61,375 bases of DNA from Deltaproteobacteria bacterium (GTDB taxonomy: Bacteria; Desulfobacterota; DSM-4660; Desulfatiglandales; B25-G16), in assembly GCA_019310725.1 (NCBI GenBank), contig JAFDDT010000004.1, positions 1 to 61,375 on the forward strand. The letters are read 5' to 3'. The notes beneath the pieces were generated by a model that did not search any database, was not told the DNA's origin, and saw nothing but the letters and a program-made list of their open reading frames with translations. Both the position numbers and the translations under genes were made by a program. This document shows positions 44,278 through 53,696 of this stretch, one piece after another (position 1 is the first letter of the stretch; every line of letters starts with the position of its first letter).

Positions 44278-45039
44278 TTATGACATGGCCCTGAGTCCAA
44301 CAGAGGAACGTAAAGTTTTTACTTCTCCACTTCTAAGGTGCCGGTATTTGCCGACCTTGAGACTGCCTAGGGTGAGAGTGCCGTAACCTATCCTGATGAG
44401 CTTGAGGGTTTTGTGACCCACAGCCTCAAGCATCCTTCTTATCTCTCTTGGCCTGCCCTCAAAAATGGTAATCCTCACCACGCTCCTCGCCTGCTGCCTG
44501 TCTATTATTTTGACGTGCGCCGGATTCGTTAACCCGTCATCAAGAAGGATACCCTTTTTCAATTTTTGAACTGAGGCATCTGATAAGGAACCACCCACAA
44601 GCACCTTATAAGTCCTGGGAATACGGAATCTCGGGTGCATGAGCCGAAAGGAGAGTTCACCATCATTGGTAAGAATCAATAGCCCCTGACTGTCAAAATC
44701 GAGGCGCCCAACAGGATAGATTCTCTCTTTGATATCTTTGATTACATCCCTGATGATAGGCCTGCCTTCAGGGTCGCGCAAGGTGCTTACATACCCAAAG
44801 GGTTTGTTAAGCATCACATAGATCTTTCGTGGGGGGCCAGGTATAGGATGACCATCAACCTCGATGGCGTCTATGCCCCAGACCGCTCTTGCACCAAGTT
44901 CTGTCTGCTTGTGCCCATTTACCGTTACCAGGCCTTGAGAGATGAATTCATCGGCCCGCCTTCTTGAGGCAATGCCCGCCATGGCAATAATCTTGTTCAA
45001 CCGTTCCGCCTTCTTATTGCTCGACCTCTTCATCGCCAA
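44278..45039 (-). CDS. rluB: 23S rRNA pseudouridine synthase (RluB/RsuA family)
   Basis: S4 domain (GIASRRRADEFI) and the catalytic GRLDFDSQGLLILTNDG. Confidence 0.85.
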   Translation of the reverse strand: MAMKRSSNKKAERLNKIIAMAGIASRRRADEFISQGLVTVNGHKQTELGARAVWGIDAIEVDGHPIPGPPRKIYVMLNKPFGYVSTLRDPEGRPIIRDVIKDIKERIYPVGRLDFDSQGLLILTNDGELSFRLMHPRFRIPRTYKVLVGGSLSDASVQKLKKGILLDDGLTNPAHVKIIDRQQARSVVRITIFEGRPREIRRMLEAVGHKTLKLIRIGYGTLTLGSLKVGKYRHLRSGEVKTLRSSVGLRAMS

Positions 45040-45553
45040 GCTCTTCTATTTCCTTTAAGGTCGGAAGGGATGACAAGTCCTTTAAATCAAATATCTCGAG
45101 AAACGTTCTCGTTGTACCATAGATAATTGGTCTGCCTGGCAGGGGTTTTCGACCCACGATCCTAATCAAACCTTTTTTAAGCAGCAACCTGAGTATACCG
45201 CCTACGTCCACACCTCGCAGCCGTTCAATCTCCTGCCGGATGATGGGTTGTTTATAGGCAACAATGGACAAGGTTTCCAGTGCAGCTGTGCTTAATCTGG
45301 ATTGCGTTGAACTCAGCATTTTGGCAATGTATGGCCTAAAACGGGGTAAAGTGCAAAACTGATAGCCCTTAGCTACCTCCCTGATGATAAAGCTCCTCTT
45401 CATGTGTTGGTATTCGGCTTTCAGTTCCGCCAGCACGGCCCTTATCTCCTTAAGATCCTTTTCTGGAAGAAGCTCGCGAATCTGCTGAGGGGTTAGGGGT
45501 TCTTCGGATGCAAAAACAAGAGATTCTACTATGAGTTTGAGGGAATTATCCAT
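45014..45553 (-). CDS. scpB: Segregation and condensation protein B
   Basis: Typical ScpB pattern LIVESLVFASEEPL... and AALETLSIVAYKQPI...IE..RGV. 179 aa. Confidence 0.85.
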   Translation of the reverse strand: MDNSLKLIVESLVFASEEPLTPQQIRELLPEKDLKEIRAVLAELKAEYQHMKRSFIIREVAKGYQFCTLPRFRPYIAKMLSSTQSRLSTAALETLSIVAYKQPIIRQEIERLRGVDVGGILRLLLKKGLIRIVGRKPLPGRPIIYGTTRTFLEIFDLKDLSSLPTLKEIEELGDEEVEQ

Positions 45554-45679
45554 AACAAGTGCCTAAAGTACTTAAAGTTTAAAGTTCCTAAAATTAGTCA
45601 ACCATTCAACTACTCAACCAATACGCTAGTCAACCAAAAAAGCCACACTGACAGCTGAGCACTAAACACTTATGCTCTT

Positions 45680-46399
45680 TCAGACACCTTTGGTTAATAC
45701 CTCAATCATTATATCACTACCGTCTTGCTCCTGAAAGACAGTCATAAATCCAGTTCTTACAAGCTCAAGTAAGGCCAGAAAGGTGGCAATCATTTCTGAA
45801 ATGGAGGCCGTCTCGGCAAAAAGATCTCTAAAGGAGAGAGTCTTTACCCCTTTCAATTTATCGCGTATTTCAACCATCTTTTCCTTTATAGACCAGGGCT
45901 CAGGTTTAAATCTGAGAACTGCACCGGGATGTTTTTCTTTTATAAGCCTTTTGAAGGCATTCATTAATCCATAGAGATTAATCCTGGATGGGTTTATATT
46001 GTCTTCCTCACCCCTTGTGCCATTCATTTCGATGCCCCTCTTGAAAACATCTCTGTAGAGAATATCCCTAGATGCTAATTCATTTGCAGCCTCTTTGAGT
46101 TTTATGTATTCCATAAGGGGCCTGACAATTTCCTCCCGTAGATCTTCTATCTCCTCGAGGTCATCATCTCTTCTTGGGAGGAGCATCTTGGATTTGATGT
46201 GCATCAGGGTAGACGCCATAACTAGAAAATCACCGGCGATATTTATGTCCAAGGCCCTCATCAAGTCCAGATATTCCAAATACTGTTCGGTGATAGTAGC
46301 TACGGGTATGTCTGAGATATCTACCTCATTTATCTGGACTAGGTGCAATAGCAAATCAAGGGGACCTTCAAACACGTCTAGTTTTGTCTCAAAGGGCAT
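45680..46399 (-). CDS. scpA: Segregation and condensation protein A (kleisin)
   Basis: FEGPLDLLLHLVQINEVDISDIPVATITEQYL is the ScpA N-terminal signature. Confidence 0.85.
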   Translation of the reverse strand: MPFETKLDVFEGPLDLLLHLVQINEVDISDIPVATITEQYLEYLDLMRALDINIAGDFLVMASTLMHIKSKMLLPRRDDDLEEIEDLREEIVRPLMEYIKLKEAANELASRDILYRDVFKRGIEMNGTRGEEDNINPSRINLYGLMNAFKRLIKEKHPGAVLRFKPEPWSIKEKMVEIRDKLKGVKTLSFRDLFAETASISEMIATFLALLELVRTGFMTVFQEQDGSDIMIEVLTKGV

Positions 46400-46401
46400 G
46401 A

Positions 46402-47388
46402 TTAGATCTTGACCGCCTCTCTCACTTCTTTCATGGTACTTTTGGCAATCTTACGCGCCTTTCTGTTACCTTCCTCAATAATAGTGTCTATGGTTCTGGG
46501 ATTGGCCTCCAACTCTTTCCTCTTCTCTCTTATCGGTTCCAGGGACAGGTTCAGACTGGCTGCCATGATTCGCTTGCAATCCACACAACCGATGGTTGCT
46601 TTACGGCAGCTTTCGTTGATCTCTTTTACCGTCTCTTCATCAGTATATAACTCATGAAAGGTGAAGACGTTGCAGTACCCTGGCCTGCCAGGATCAGATC
46701 TTCTGGCCCTCTGAGGATCGGTAATCATCTCATCCACCCTTTTTTCTATGACCTCTTTTGAATCAGAGATAAAAATGGCATTGTCATATCCCTTACTCAT
46801 CTTCCTCCGGTCTATCCCGAGTATCTTGGCCTCTGGGGTTAGAAGAACCTCTGGCAGAGGAAAAACATTTGAATAGAAATGATTAAAGCGCCGCGCTATC
46901 TCTCGCGTCAATTCAACATGGGGGCTCTGGTCCTCTCCGACAGGCACACCATGTGCTTTATACATCAGGATATCTGCTGCCTGCAAAACTGGGTAGCCTA
47001 AAAATCCATAGGTATAAAGATTTCTTTGGGCCATTTCCTTGAGCTGTTCCTTATAGGTAGGGTTTCTTTCCAGCCATGATAGAGGTGTTACCATGGTAAA
47101 AATCAGATGCAGCTCAGCATGCTCCTTTATGCTTGACTGAATAAAGAACACTGATTCCTCGGGGTCAAGACCAACCGAGATCCAGTCAATAATGATATCT
47201 TTGGTGGTTTCCTTTATAATCTCCGGATGTTCATATTCACTCGTTAAGGCATGCCAGTCAGCGATAAAGTAAAAGCACTGGTAGTCCTTTTGAAGAGAGC
47301 GCCAGTTATTTAAGGCCCCATGGACGTGCCCGAGATGCAGTTTGCCAGTCGGTCTCATGCCGCTGACAATTCTCTTTTTCCCCATCAT
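46402..47388 (-). CDS. trpS: Tryptophan-tRNA ligase
   Basis: Class I motifs: GKLHLGH (HIGH-type) and KMSKG (KMSKS). 328 aa. Confidence 0.95.
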   Translation of the reverse strand: MMGKKRIVSGMRPTGKLHLGHVHGALNNWRSLQKDYQCFYFIADWHALTSEYEHPEIIKETTKDIIIDWISVGLDPEESVFFIQSSIKEHAELHLIFTMVTPLSWLERNPTYKEQLKEMAQRNLYTYGFLGYPVLQAADILMYKAHGVPVGEDQSPHVELTREIARRFNHFYSNVFPLPEVLLTPEAKILGIDRRKMSKGYDNAIFISDSKEVIEKRVDEMITDPQRARRSDPGRPGYCNVFTFHELYTDEETVKEINESCRKATIGCVDCKRIMAASLNLSLEPIREKRKELEANPRTIDTIIEEGNRKARKIAKSTMKEVREAVKI

Positions 47389-47460
47389 TTAGTCCTCCAA
47401 ACGTGAATAGAGCTACCGATTCTAACTTGTAGCTTCTAACCCTACACCGACAGTTTGGCT

Positions 47461-47840
47461 GAGAAGTCATTCTGAATCATTCCGCCCACACGGGAGAGCG
47501 AAGAACCTACGATTTGCGGGCAGGTACTAGAACTATTGAATTAGGCCGCCGATTTTCGCAGATATCCGCAGATATTTATTCTAGTAGTACTTTTATCTAA
47601 AATCTTGGTAACCTGCCCGCTAATCCTGACTGGTCGGGATAGCGATGGCAGGCGGGTTTGCGTTCATCTGCGTCCAAAAGGAAGTTCCTATACGATAAAT
47701 CTAGATTCTTCGTCGCTTCGCTCCTCAGAATGACAAAGTGTCGCTCCTCAGAACCGTCCTCGAGCGAATCGGAGGAATGACAAAGTGTCGCTCCTCAGAC
47801 CTGTCCTCGAGCGAAGCGGAGGAATGACAAAGTGTCGTTG
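47461..47840. mobile_element. Composite MITE-like non-coding element: inverted unit + copy 2 of the structured element + 47-nt tandem units
   Basis: 47543-47697 is homologous to 33664-33815. The 47-nt units are at 47741-47787 and 47788-47834, with an internally deleted unit at 47717-47740. An inverted related copy lies at about 47466-47510 (gtcattctga vs tcagaatgac). No ORF is present. Confidence 0.5.
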
Positions 47841-47845
47841 TAGGG

Positions 47846-50515
47846 TTAACTTTTAGCTTGCTTTGGTAAACTAGAAAATCTTCGATTTACGAATTCAATC
47901 TCATCTTGTCTCGTTATAACCTCGCCTCCCAACTTGGCCTCCAGGATGCCGTCAAATATATCCTTGAAAAGGGGACCCGGTTCATAACCCATTGCAACGA
48001 GATCCTTGCCCTTCAAATAGACCCTTGTTCCTTTAAGTCGGGAGAAAAAGGTGGATATGGATTTCTGTATCTTTTCACTCTTGGTTTTCGCCATACTAAC
48101 CAGTAAAATTTCGGGAGTAAAGGGTGAAAGAGTTTTGTATAGGGAATAGTTATTCTTACCCTTGAGCTGAGAGAGTTCCCTAAAAGCTATCTTGACCTCT
48201 TGCCGGGTGGAAATCGCATTTACTATATCTCTGTCTTGAATCTGCATCGTCTCTATTATCTTTTTCAAGGCATCATCGCTCAGAGATGAGATTAACCCAA
48301 GAAAATATACCTTCCATGGTTCATAGGTAATACCCAGGTACAGGAGATTAAACCATACCAAAATACCCTTTGTCCTCTTCAGCACAGCCCTTATCCCCTC
48401 TGTAAGTTTAAGCTCGGGGGAGATGAACTTCAAAAGGTCATAGTCATCCATCCTCTCTAATACCGCAACGGGATCTTCTTCCTGCAAGATCAGTTTTAGT
48501 TCCAGAAAAAGCCTTTGCCCAGGCAAATTCTCAAAGCAATGCACGTTGACAGCATTCTGAATAAGGCTTTCTGTGAGCTTGCCTATCCGGAACCCAAACC
48601 GTTGCTCGAACCTGATGGCCCTCAAAATCCTCGTAGGATCTTCGACAAAGCTAAGGTTATGAATCACACGCAAAACCCGCTCTTTAATATCCCTCATAGC
48701 ACCAAAGTGATCGAGGAGGGTACCATAATGCCCCTTGTTAAGATGAACTGCCAGGGTATTAATGGTAAAGTCTCTGCGAAAAAGATCCCGCTTCAGCGAG
48801 CTTAGCCTAACTTCCGGTGGAGCAGCCGGTGACTCGTAGTGCTCTATCCTGGCAGTTGCGACGTCTATCTTAAAGCCGTCTGGCATAATCACAACCGCTG
48901 TTCCGAACTTAGGGTAACTCCTCACCCTGGCCTTCTTGTTCTGCGCAAAGGCTTTGGCCAGCTTGATAGCATCTCCTTCAATAACGATATCCACGTCAAG
49001 GTTTTTCCTCTTTAAGATAACGTCTCTTACGAGACCTCCAACCAGATAGGCATTGAAGGCGAGTTCATCTGCCATCTCTCCCAGTTCCTTCAGGAGCGTT
49101 GTGATCTTGACGGGTAACCGTTCTTCAAGTAGGTTTTTGATATTCTTTTCCCGAACAAAGCTCGTGATCTCCTGTGAATCATAAACAAACTCAGGTGTGG
49201 ATGACCTCTCTATCAGTATGTTTAAAAGGTCGGTTCTGGTAATAACTCCGAGCAGCTGGCCGTCTTGCAGTACAGGTAGAATTCTCAGCTTGCTATTGAT
49301 AATCAGATCCTGTATCTCATTCAAGGTAGTTTCAGGTCCTACGTGCCTGAATTCCACATTCATGTACTCTGTTACCGGCCTCATTTCCAGGCCAAGGAAG
49401 ATAGCCCTGTCCACCACCTGCCTGGAGATATATCCCTTGAGGGTTCTATTTTCATCAATAACCATCAACGTGTTGATATTGTACCTGGTCAGGGTATCAC
49501 CTGCCTCTCTCATGGAAGCGTCCGGTAATATGTGGATGACAGGAGAGGTCATCATGTCTTTGGCAAATCTCTCAAAATTGATCCGGTTTAGGAGAAACCT
49601 ATTAAGATCTTCCTCTGCCTGGATGAGGGTTTTATCAAGAATAGTAGCAGAGGCTGCCTGTGGATGTCCTCCACCACCAAAGTCCATGGCAATTTCACCA
49701 ACATTTACCTCTGGAAGCCTGCTTCTCGCAACCAGATAGACCCTGTTCTCCATCTGGGTGAGGGCAAATAAGACATTGAGATTTTCCATTTCCATAAACT
49801 TTTGAACTAAAACAGCAAAATCACCTATATACCGATCTCTCTTGGCCTTGGCTATAACCACTTCAATACCACTGATAGTGGTTCTGGTAGCAGAAGCCAT
49901 CAAATCATTTAAGAGCCAAACCTGCTCAGCGGTCAGCTCTCTGGTTAGCATATCAGAGATCGTATTAAGCGATGCCCCCTGTTCTAGTAGCCAGGCAGCA
50001 GCCTCATGATCTTCAGACCTCGTGGAAGAAAAGGTAAAAGATCCAGTATCTTCATAGATACCGAGTGCCATCAGAGTCGCCTCATCAGAGGTGATTTTGG
50101 TACCCTTTTTCTTGATTATTTCCGTGAGTATTGATGTGCCTGCCCCGAGTTCTTGGATAGCTTCAAAATCACCCTTGATATCATCCTCAGAGGGGGGATG
50201 ATGATCATATATGTGTATCTCCAATTCTTTCTTGCCCAATAGCTCTTTAAATTTGCCTATCCGCCTTTTTTGGCGTGTATCTACCAGGATGAGCCTCTTG
50301 ATGCTATTAAAATCAATATCCTTTATACGGAGGAAATTAAAGAGATAAGAGGTTGAGTGCAGAAAGAAATTCCTCAGATTCTTTTCCTGGGCACCGGGAA
50401 ATACCATTTTTGCCTCGGGGTAGAGCTTTTTTGCGGCCAACATGGATGCCAAGGCATCAAAATCGGCATTCATATGGGTCGTTATTACCTCGATGCACGG
50501 TGCCTGTTTTGTCAT
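47846..50515 (-). CDS. DHH/DHHA1 phosphoesterase - CBS pair - poly(A) polymerase/CCA-adding tRNA nucleotidyltransferase fusion
   Basis: N-terminal DHH (THMNADFDALAS, DHH at IYDHHPP), GGGH of DHHA1, two CBS motifs, then LVGGLVRD...DVDIV and RRDFTINTLA nucleotidyltransferase motifs. The ATG at 50515 overlaps the upstream stop as ATGA. Confidence 0.85.
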   Translation of the reverse strand: MTKQAPCIEVITTHMNADFDALASMLAAKKLYPEAKMVFPGAQEKNLRNFFLHSTSYLFNFLRIKDIDFNSIKRLILVDTRQKRRIGKFKELLGKKELEIHIYDHHPPSEDDIKGDFEAIQELGAGTSILTEIIKKKGTKITSDEATLMALGIYEDTGSFTFSSTRSEDHEAAAWLLEQGASLNTISDMLTRELTAEQVWLLNDLMASATRTTISGIEVVIAKAKRDRYIGDFAVLVQKFMEMENLNVLFALTQMENRVYLVARSRLPEVNVGEIAMDFGGGGHPQAASATILDKTLIQAEEDLNRFLLNRINFERFAKDMMTSPVIHILPDASMREAGDTLTRYNINTLMVIDENRTLKGYISRQVVDRAIFLGLEMRPVTEYMNVEFRHVGPETTLNEIQDLIINSKLRILPVLQDGQLLGVITRTDLLNILIERSSTPEFVYDSQEITSFVREKNIKNLLEERLPVKITTLLKELGEMADELAFNAYLVGGLVRDVILKRKNLDVDIVIEGDAIKLAKAFAQNKKARVRSYPKFGTAVVIMPDGFKIDVATARIEHYESPAAPPEVRLSSLKRDLFRRDFTINTLAVHLNKGHYGTLLDHFGAMRDIKERVLRVIHNLSFVEDPTRILRAIRFEQRFGFRIGKLTESLIQNAVNVHCFENLPGQRLFLELKLILQEEDPVAVLERMDDYDLLKFISPELKLTEGIRAVLKRTKGILVWFNLLYLGITYEPWKVYFLGLISSLSDDALKKIIETMQIQDRDIVNAISTRQEVKIAFRELSQLKGKNNYSLYKTLSPFTPEILLVSMAKTKSEKIQKSISTFFSRLKGTRVYLKGKDLVAMGYEPGPLFKDIFDGILEAKLGGEVITRQDEIEFVNRRFSSLPKQAKS

Positions 50516-51069
50516 TGCTTTTTCTGATGTTTTCGGCGCCATCTGTAAGGTCTTTCAAATGGTGGCTTGGGAGATTCCTGAGCAGCCTTTAATATCCTTT
50601 CTGCAAGCACTGGGAATCCGTTGTCTCCGAAATAGGATATAGTTTCATATGCTAATCCAGCCCTGATCAAACGGATAGCCAAAAGTTCCTCGTCAACAAA
50701 TACATGCGCAAGAAGCCGGCCATATTTATCTTTTTGAAATGGAAGATATTCAACAACTTTGGCATTTCTCAAGAGATCTGCAGTCATTGCTGCCGCCTTT
50801 AGGCCATAAGGCTGATCCTCAAATATCCCGTGTTCCTTATGGATAATCTCCGGTGCATCTATGCCCAGAATCCTTATGACAAAATCCTTATAGAAAAAGG
50901 TATCTCCGTCATCAGGGCGAATAGCTGATTTGTCAATCCTGATAAGGCTGTAATGTTCCCCCCGCCCTCCTTCAGCCCAAGGGTTTGAACCCCACTTTTT
51001 TAAAAAAACCGAAAGAAGACCCAAGGCAATTAATCCGGTGATGAGAATGTACCTTCGACGAGATAACAA
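50512..51069 (-). CDS. Staphylococcal-nuclease-like (SNase/thermonuclease) protein with N-terminal membrane anchor
   Basis: RILGIDAPE and YGRLLAHV SNase motifs. Hydrophobic N-terminus. Confidence 0.75.
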   Translation of the reverse strand: MLSRRRYILITGLIALGLLSVFLKKWGSNPWAEGGRGEHYSLIRIDKSAIRPDDGDTFFYKDFVIRILGIDAPEIIHKEHGIFEDQPYGLKAAAMTADLLRNAKVVEYLPFQKDKYGRLLAHVFVDEELLAIRLIRAGLAYETISYFGDNGFPVLAERILKAAQESPKPPFERPYRWRRKHQKKQ

Positions 51070-51353
51070 TCGAGCCCTGCCTCTGTAAATACTAAAATGG
51101 TTTCGAATACTTACCTATAGTATCTTATGGATTTCAAGTAAAATCAAACAATTTATGGAATATATGCCCAATCATCGTAAACCTTGTGACGAATAAGGAG
51201 CCTCTTGATAAGGGTGTGAGTATGTTTGAAAAACGCTGGATAATACAAGGGACTTGGTGAGGTGACTGTTTAAAAGATCTGTGCTATATTGACATTTGGC
51301 AATCAATTTTTAACTTGTATGATGAGTATTCAATCAATATCCAAGGATTTTTA

Positions 51354-51746
51354 ATGACCGACTATTCAAAGTCATCTGATGCCAAGGTTGAGATCCCTGA
51401 AGGTGTCACCCTTACGACCTTTCCTGCAAGAGAGCATACTCCCCTGGTTGAATTGGAGTATCCGGAGTTCCAATCTCTCTGTCCTGTGTCCCAGCGCCAC
51501 GATCAAGGCGTTGTCACGATACGGTACAAACCAAAAGAGAATATCTTGGAAGGGAAATCATTGCGGGATTATCTGACGATGTGGAGAAACAAGAGAAACT
51601 GGCAGGAATACGTGACCGAGGAAATTGCCGATCTTTTGTATAAGATCTGCGAACCGGAGTGGCTGATAGTAACCATTACTTGGGCAGCACGGGGTGGGAT
51701 AGTGGCCAAAACTACATCAGCAAGGGGGAGCACGGCCACCTCATAG
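51354..51746 (+). CDS. queF: NADPH-dependent 7-cyano-7-deazaguanine reductase (type I QueF)
   Basis: EYPEFQSLCPVS (catalytic Cys context) and the C-terminal ARGGI. The ATG at 51354 has an AAGGA RBS. Confidence 0.75.
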   Translation: MTDYSKSSDAKVEIPEGVTLTTFPAREHTPLVELEYPEFQSLCPVSQRHDQGVVTIRYKPKENILEGKSLRDYLTMWRNKRNWQEYVTEEIADLLYKICEPEWLIVTITWAARGGIVAKTTSARGSTATS

Positions 51747-51750
51747 TGAA

Positions 51751-51783
51751 GATCCCCATATCCTGGACTTTGACGTTGCCCTG
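51751..51783 (-). repeat. Short interspersed motif, copy D (inverted orientation, no T-run)
   Basis: gatccccatatcctggactttgacgttgccctg is the reverse complement of the 5' two thirds of copy B, with 6 mismatches in 33 positions. Confidence 0.7.
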
Positions 51784-51800
51784 AGGGGAAGCCCGCCTTC

Positions 51801-51829
51801 TTGACTTTGGTAATGACTCTGTTTATATT
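51801..51829 (+). promoter_or_regulatory. Sigma-70 promoter for the cbpA-like gene
   Basis: TTGACT (51801-51806), a 17-nt spacer, then TATATT (51824-51829). Confidence 0.55.
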
Positions 51830-51931
51830 CACTGTATAGTTTGATTTAAGACATATTATTGATGGATTTGCAAAACACTCTTTGCGAGTTTGTCATTACT
51901 AATAATACAAGAAAGTTATCTTACGAGAGAG

Positions 51932-52894
51932 ATGTCCAGCAAGGATTACTACAAAATACTTGGAGTAAAGAAATCTGCCAGCGCAGATGGTATTAAGAAA
52001 GCCTACCGGAAACTGGCGATGCAATACCACCCTGATAGGAACAAGGGTGACAAGGCTGCTGAGGCGAAATTCAAGGAGATAAGTGAGGCCTATGCTGTTT
52101 TAAGCGATTCTGAGAAAAGAAAACAGTATGACATGTTCGGATCTGAGGGCTTCCAGCAGAGGTATAGCCAAGAGGATATCTTCAGTGGCTTTGATTTCAG
52201 TGATATTTTCAGGGAGTTTGGGTTTGGAAATATCGGCGGCAGGAAGAGTGGCAGAGGTTCGAGTATTTTTAACCACATCTTCTCCGGAGCGACTCAAGGC
52301 ACCAGATACCAGTCGAAGGGTGATCCCTTTGCCTCTTTTTCTACAGGCTATGGCAATCGCACGAGGAGCTTGAAAGGCCAGGATCTCATGTATGAGCTCT
52401 CGTTACGCCTTGAAGATATAATAAAGACCCAGGAAAGGACTATCACCTACAATTTAGATGGGGTAAACCACCAGATTAAGGTTAAGATTCCTGCTGGGAT
52501 AGGTGATGGAAAGAAATTGAGACTTGCTGGCAAGGGTCAGCCAGGACCCCAGGGAGGATCTCCAGGAGATCTTTATGTAAAGATAAGGCTCCTGAATCAT
52601 CCTATCTTCCAGAGGCAAGAAGATGATCTATACATAAGTAGAGAGATAAAATTTACAGATGCGGCATTGGGGACGCAGATTGAGGTGCCAACTATCGACG
52701 GCAAAAGGCTTAACCTCAAGATACCTGCTGGCACTCAGAGCGGCTCAAGAATGAGACTGAGGGGGCACGGTTTACCCCGCATGGGTGCGGCCAGTCGTGG
52801 AGATGCCTATGTCAAGATACATGTTGGGGTACCGAAAAAACTAAACAAGAAACAGAGAGCACTCGTGCAAGAACTCAAGGCTTTGGGCCTGTGA
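51932..52894 (+). CDS. cbpA: DnaJ-class co-chaperone without zinc finger (CbpA-like)
   Basis: J domain DYYKILGV...[14 protein letters not shown], a G/F-rich linker, and two C-terminal beta domains. No CxxCxGxG repeats. Confidence 0.85.
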   Translation: MSSKDYYKILGVKKSASADGIKKAYRKLAMQYHPDRNKGDKAAEAKFKEISEAYAVLSDSEKRKQYDMFGSEGFQQRYSQEDIFSGFDFSDIFREFGFGNIGGRKSGRGSSIFNHIFSGATQGTRYQSKGDPFASFSTGYGNRTRSLKGQDLMYELSLRLEDIIKTQERTITYNLDGVNHQIKVKIPAGIGDGKKLRLAGKGQPGPQGGSPGDLYVKIRLLNHPIFQRQEDDLYISREIKFTDAALGTQIEVPTIDGKRLNLKIPAGTQSGSRMRLRGHGLPRMGAASRGDAYVKIHVGVPKKLNKKQRALVQELKALGL

Positions 52895-53679
52895 TAGATA
52901 AGACCAGAAAACATGTTGGGTGTGTACTCGTACTACTCATCCTGTTCCTTTTCCCTTCCTTTGTCACCTTTGGCTGGGCCGAGAAAAAGCTCCCTTCGCC
53001 TCAGGGCCTGATAAATGATTTTGCAGGCATTATCCCTCCCGACTACGAACAGAAGTTGAACGTCCTTGCCCTTGAGGTTCTGAATAAAACAGGGGCAACC
53101 CTGACCGTAGTCACTTTTAAGAATATTGGTGGCGCTAACATAGATGAATTCACTAACCAGCTCTATGAGGCGTGGGGTGTCGGCAAAAAAGGGGAAGACA
53201 GGGGTGTTATGTTCCTTGTTGCCCTCAAGGAGCGAAAGCTCCGGATCGAGGTTGGGTATGGCCTCGAGGGGATTATACCTGATGGGTTGGCTGGCCAGAT
53301 ACGAGATCAGGCCATGGTTCCCTATCTGAAGAAGGGAGAATATGGACTTGGTCTCTTAAACGGTCTCTATGCCACAGCCAGTATTATCGCCAAAGACAAG
53401 GGAATTACCTTGACAGGGTTACCCCCTGCCCCAAAAAGAGTTCCATCAAGGAGACGTGGTTTCTCTTTTGGTATTTTCCCTTTTCTTTTCTTGCTGTTCA
53501 TATTTTGGATCCTCGCAAGATCCCGACATATGGGTATTGGTACCTTATTTCTCTTACTAATGCTTGGTGGGGGCAGAGGAGGTTTTGGCGGACACAGCGG
53601 TTTCGGAGGATTCGGAGGAGGCTTTGGGGGATTTGGAGGTGGAATGAGTGGAGGCGGTGGTGCAAGTGGAAGCTTTTGA
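52891..53679 (+). CDS. TPM-domain (YgcG-like) membrane protein with Gly-rich C-terminus
   Basis: Signal/anchor region, then DFAGIIPP...VVTFKNIGG...[36 protein letters not shown] pattern, a TM helix, and a GGFGG tail. Confidence 0.8.
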   Translation: MIDKTRKHVGCVLVLLILFLFPSFVTFGWAEKKLPSPQGLINDFAGIIPPDYEQKLNVLALEVLNKTGATLTVVTFKNIGGANIDEFTNQLYEAWGVGKKGEDRGVMFLVALKERKLRIEVGYGLEGIIPDGLAGQIRDQAMVPYLKKGEYGLGLLNGLYATASIIAKDKGITLTGLPPAPKRVPSRRRGFSFGIFPFLFLLFIFWILARSRHMGIGTLFLLLMLGGGRGGFGGHSGFGGFGGGFGGFGGGMSGGGGASGSF

Positions 53680-53696
53680 GGGAGAGGTAAACAGAT

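Noticed and set aside
47717-47834. Possible CRISPR array, because of repeated ~47-nt units
   Set aside because: The units are directly contiguous with no unique spacers. One unit is an internally deleted copy, and no cas genes are nearby. This is a tandem repeat, not a CRISPR array.
51230-51353. preQ1 riboswitch upstream of queF
   Set aside because: I looked for the compact preQ1-I/II hairpin with an A-rich tail and a conserved loop and could not recognise one. queF is also not a typical preQ1-regulated gene in every lineage. A covariance-model scan would be needed to be sure.
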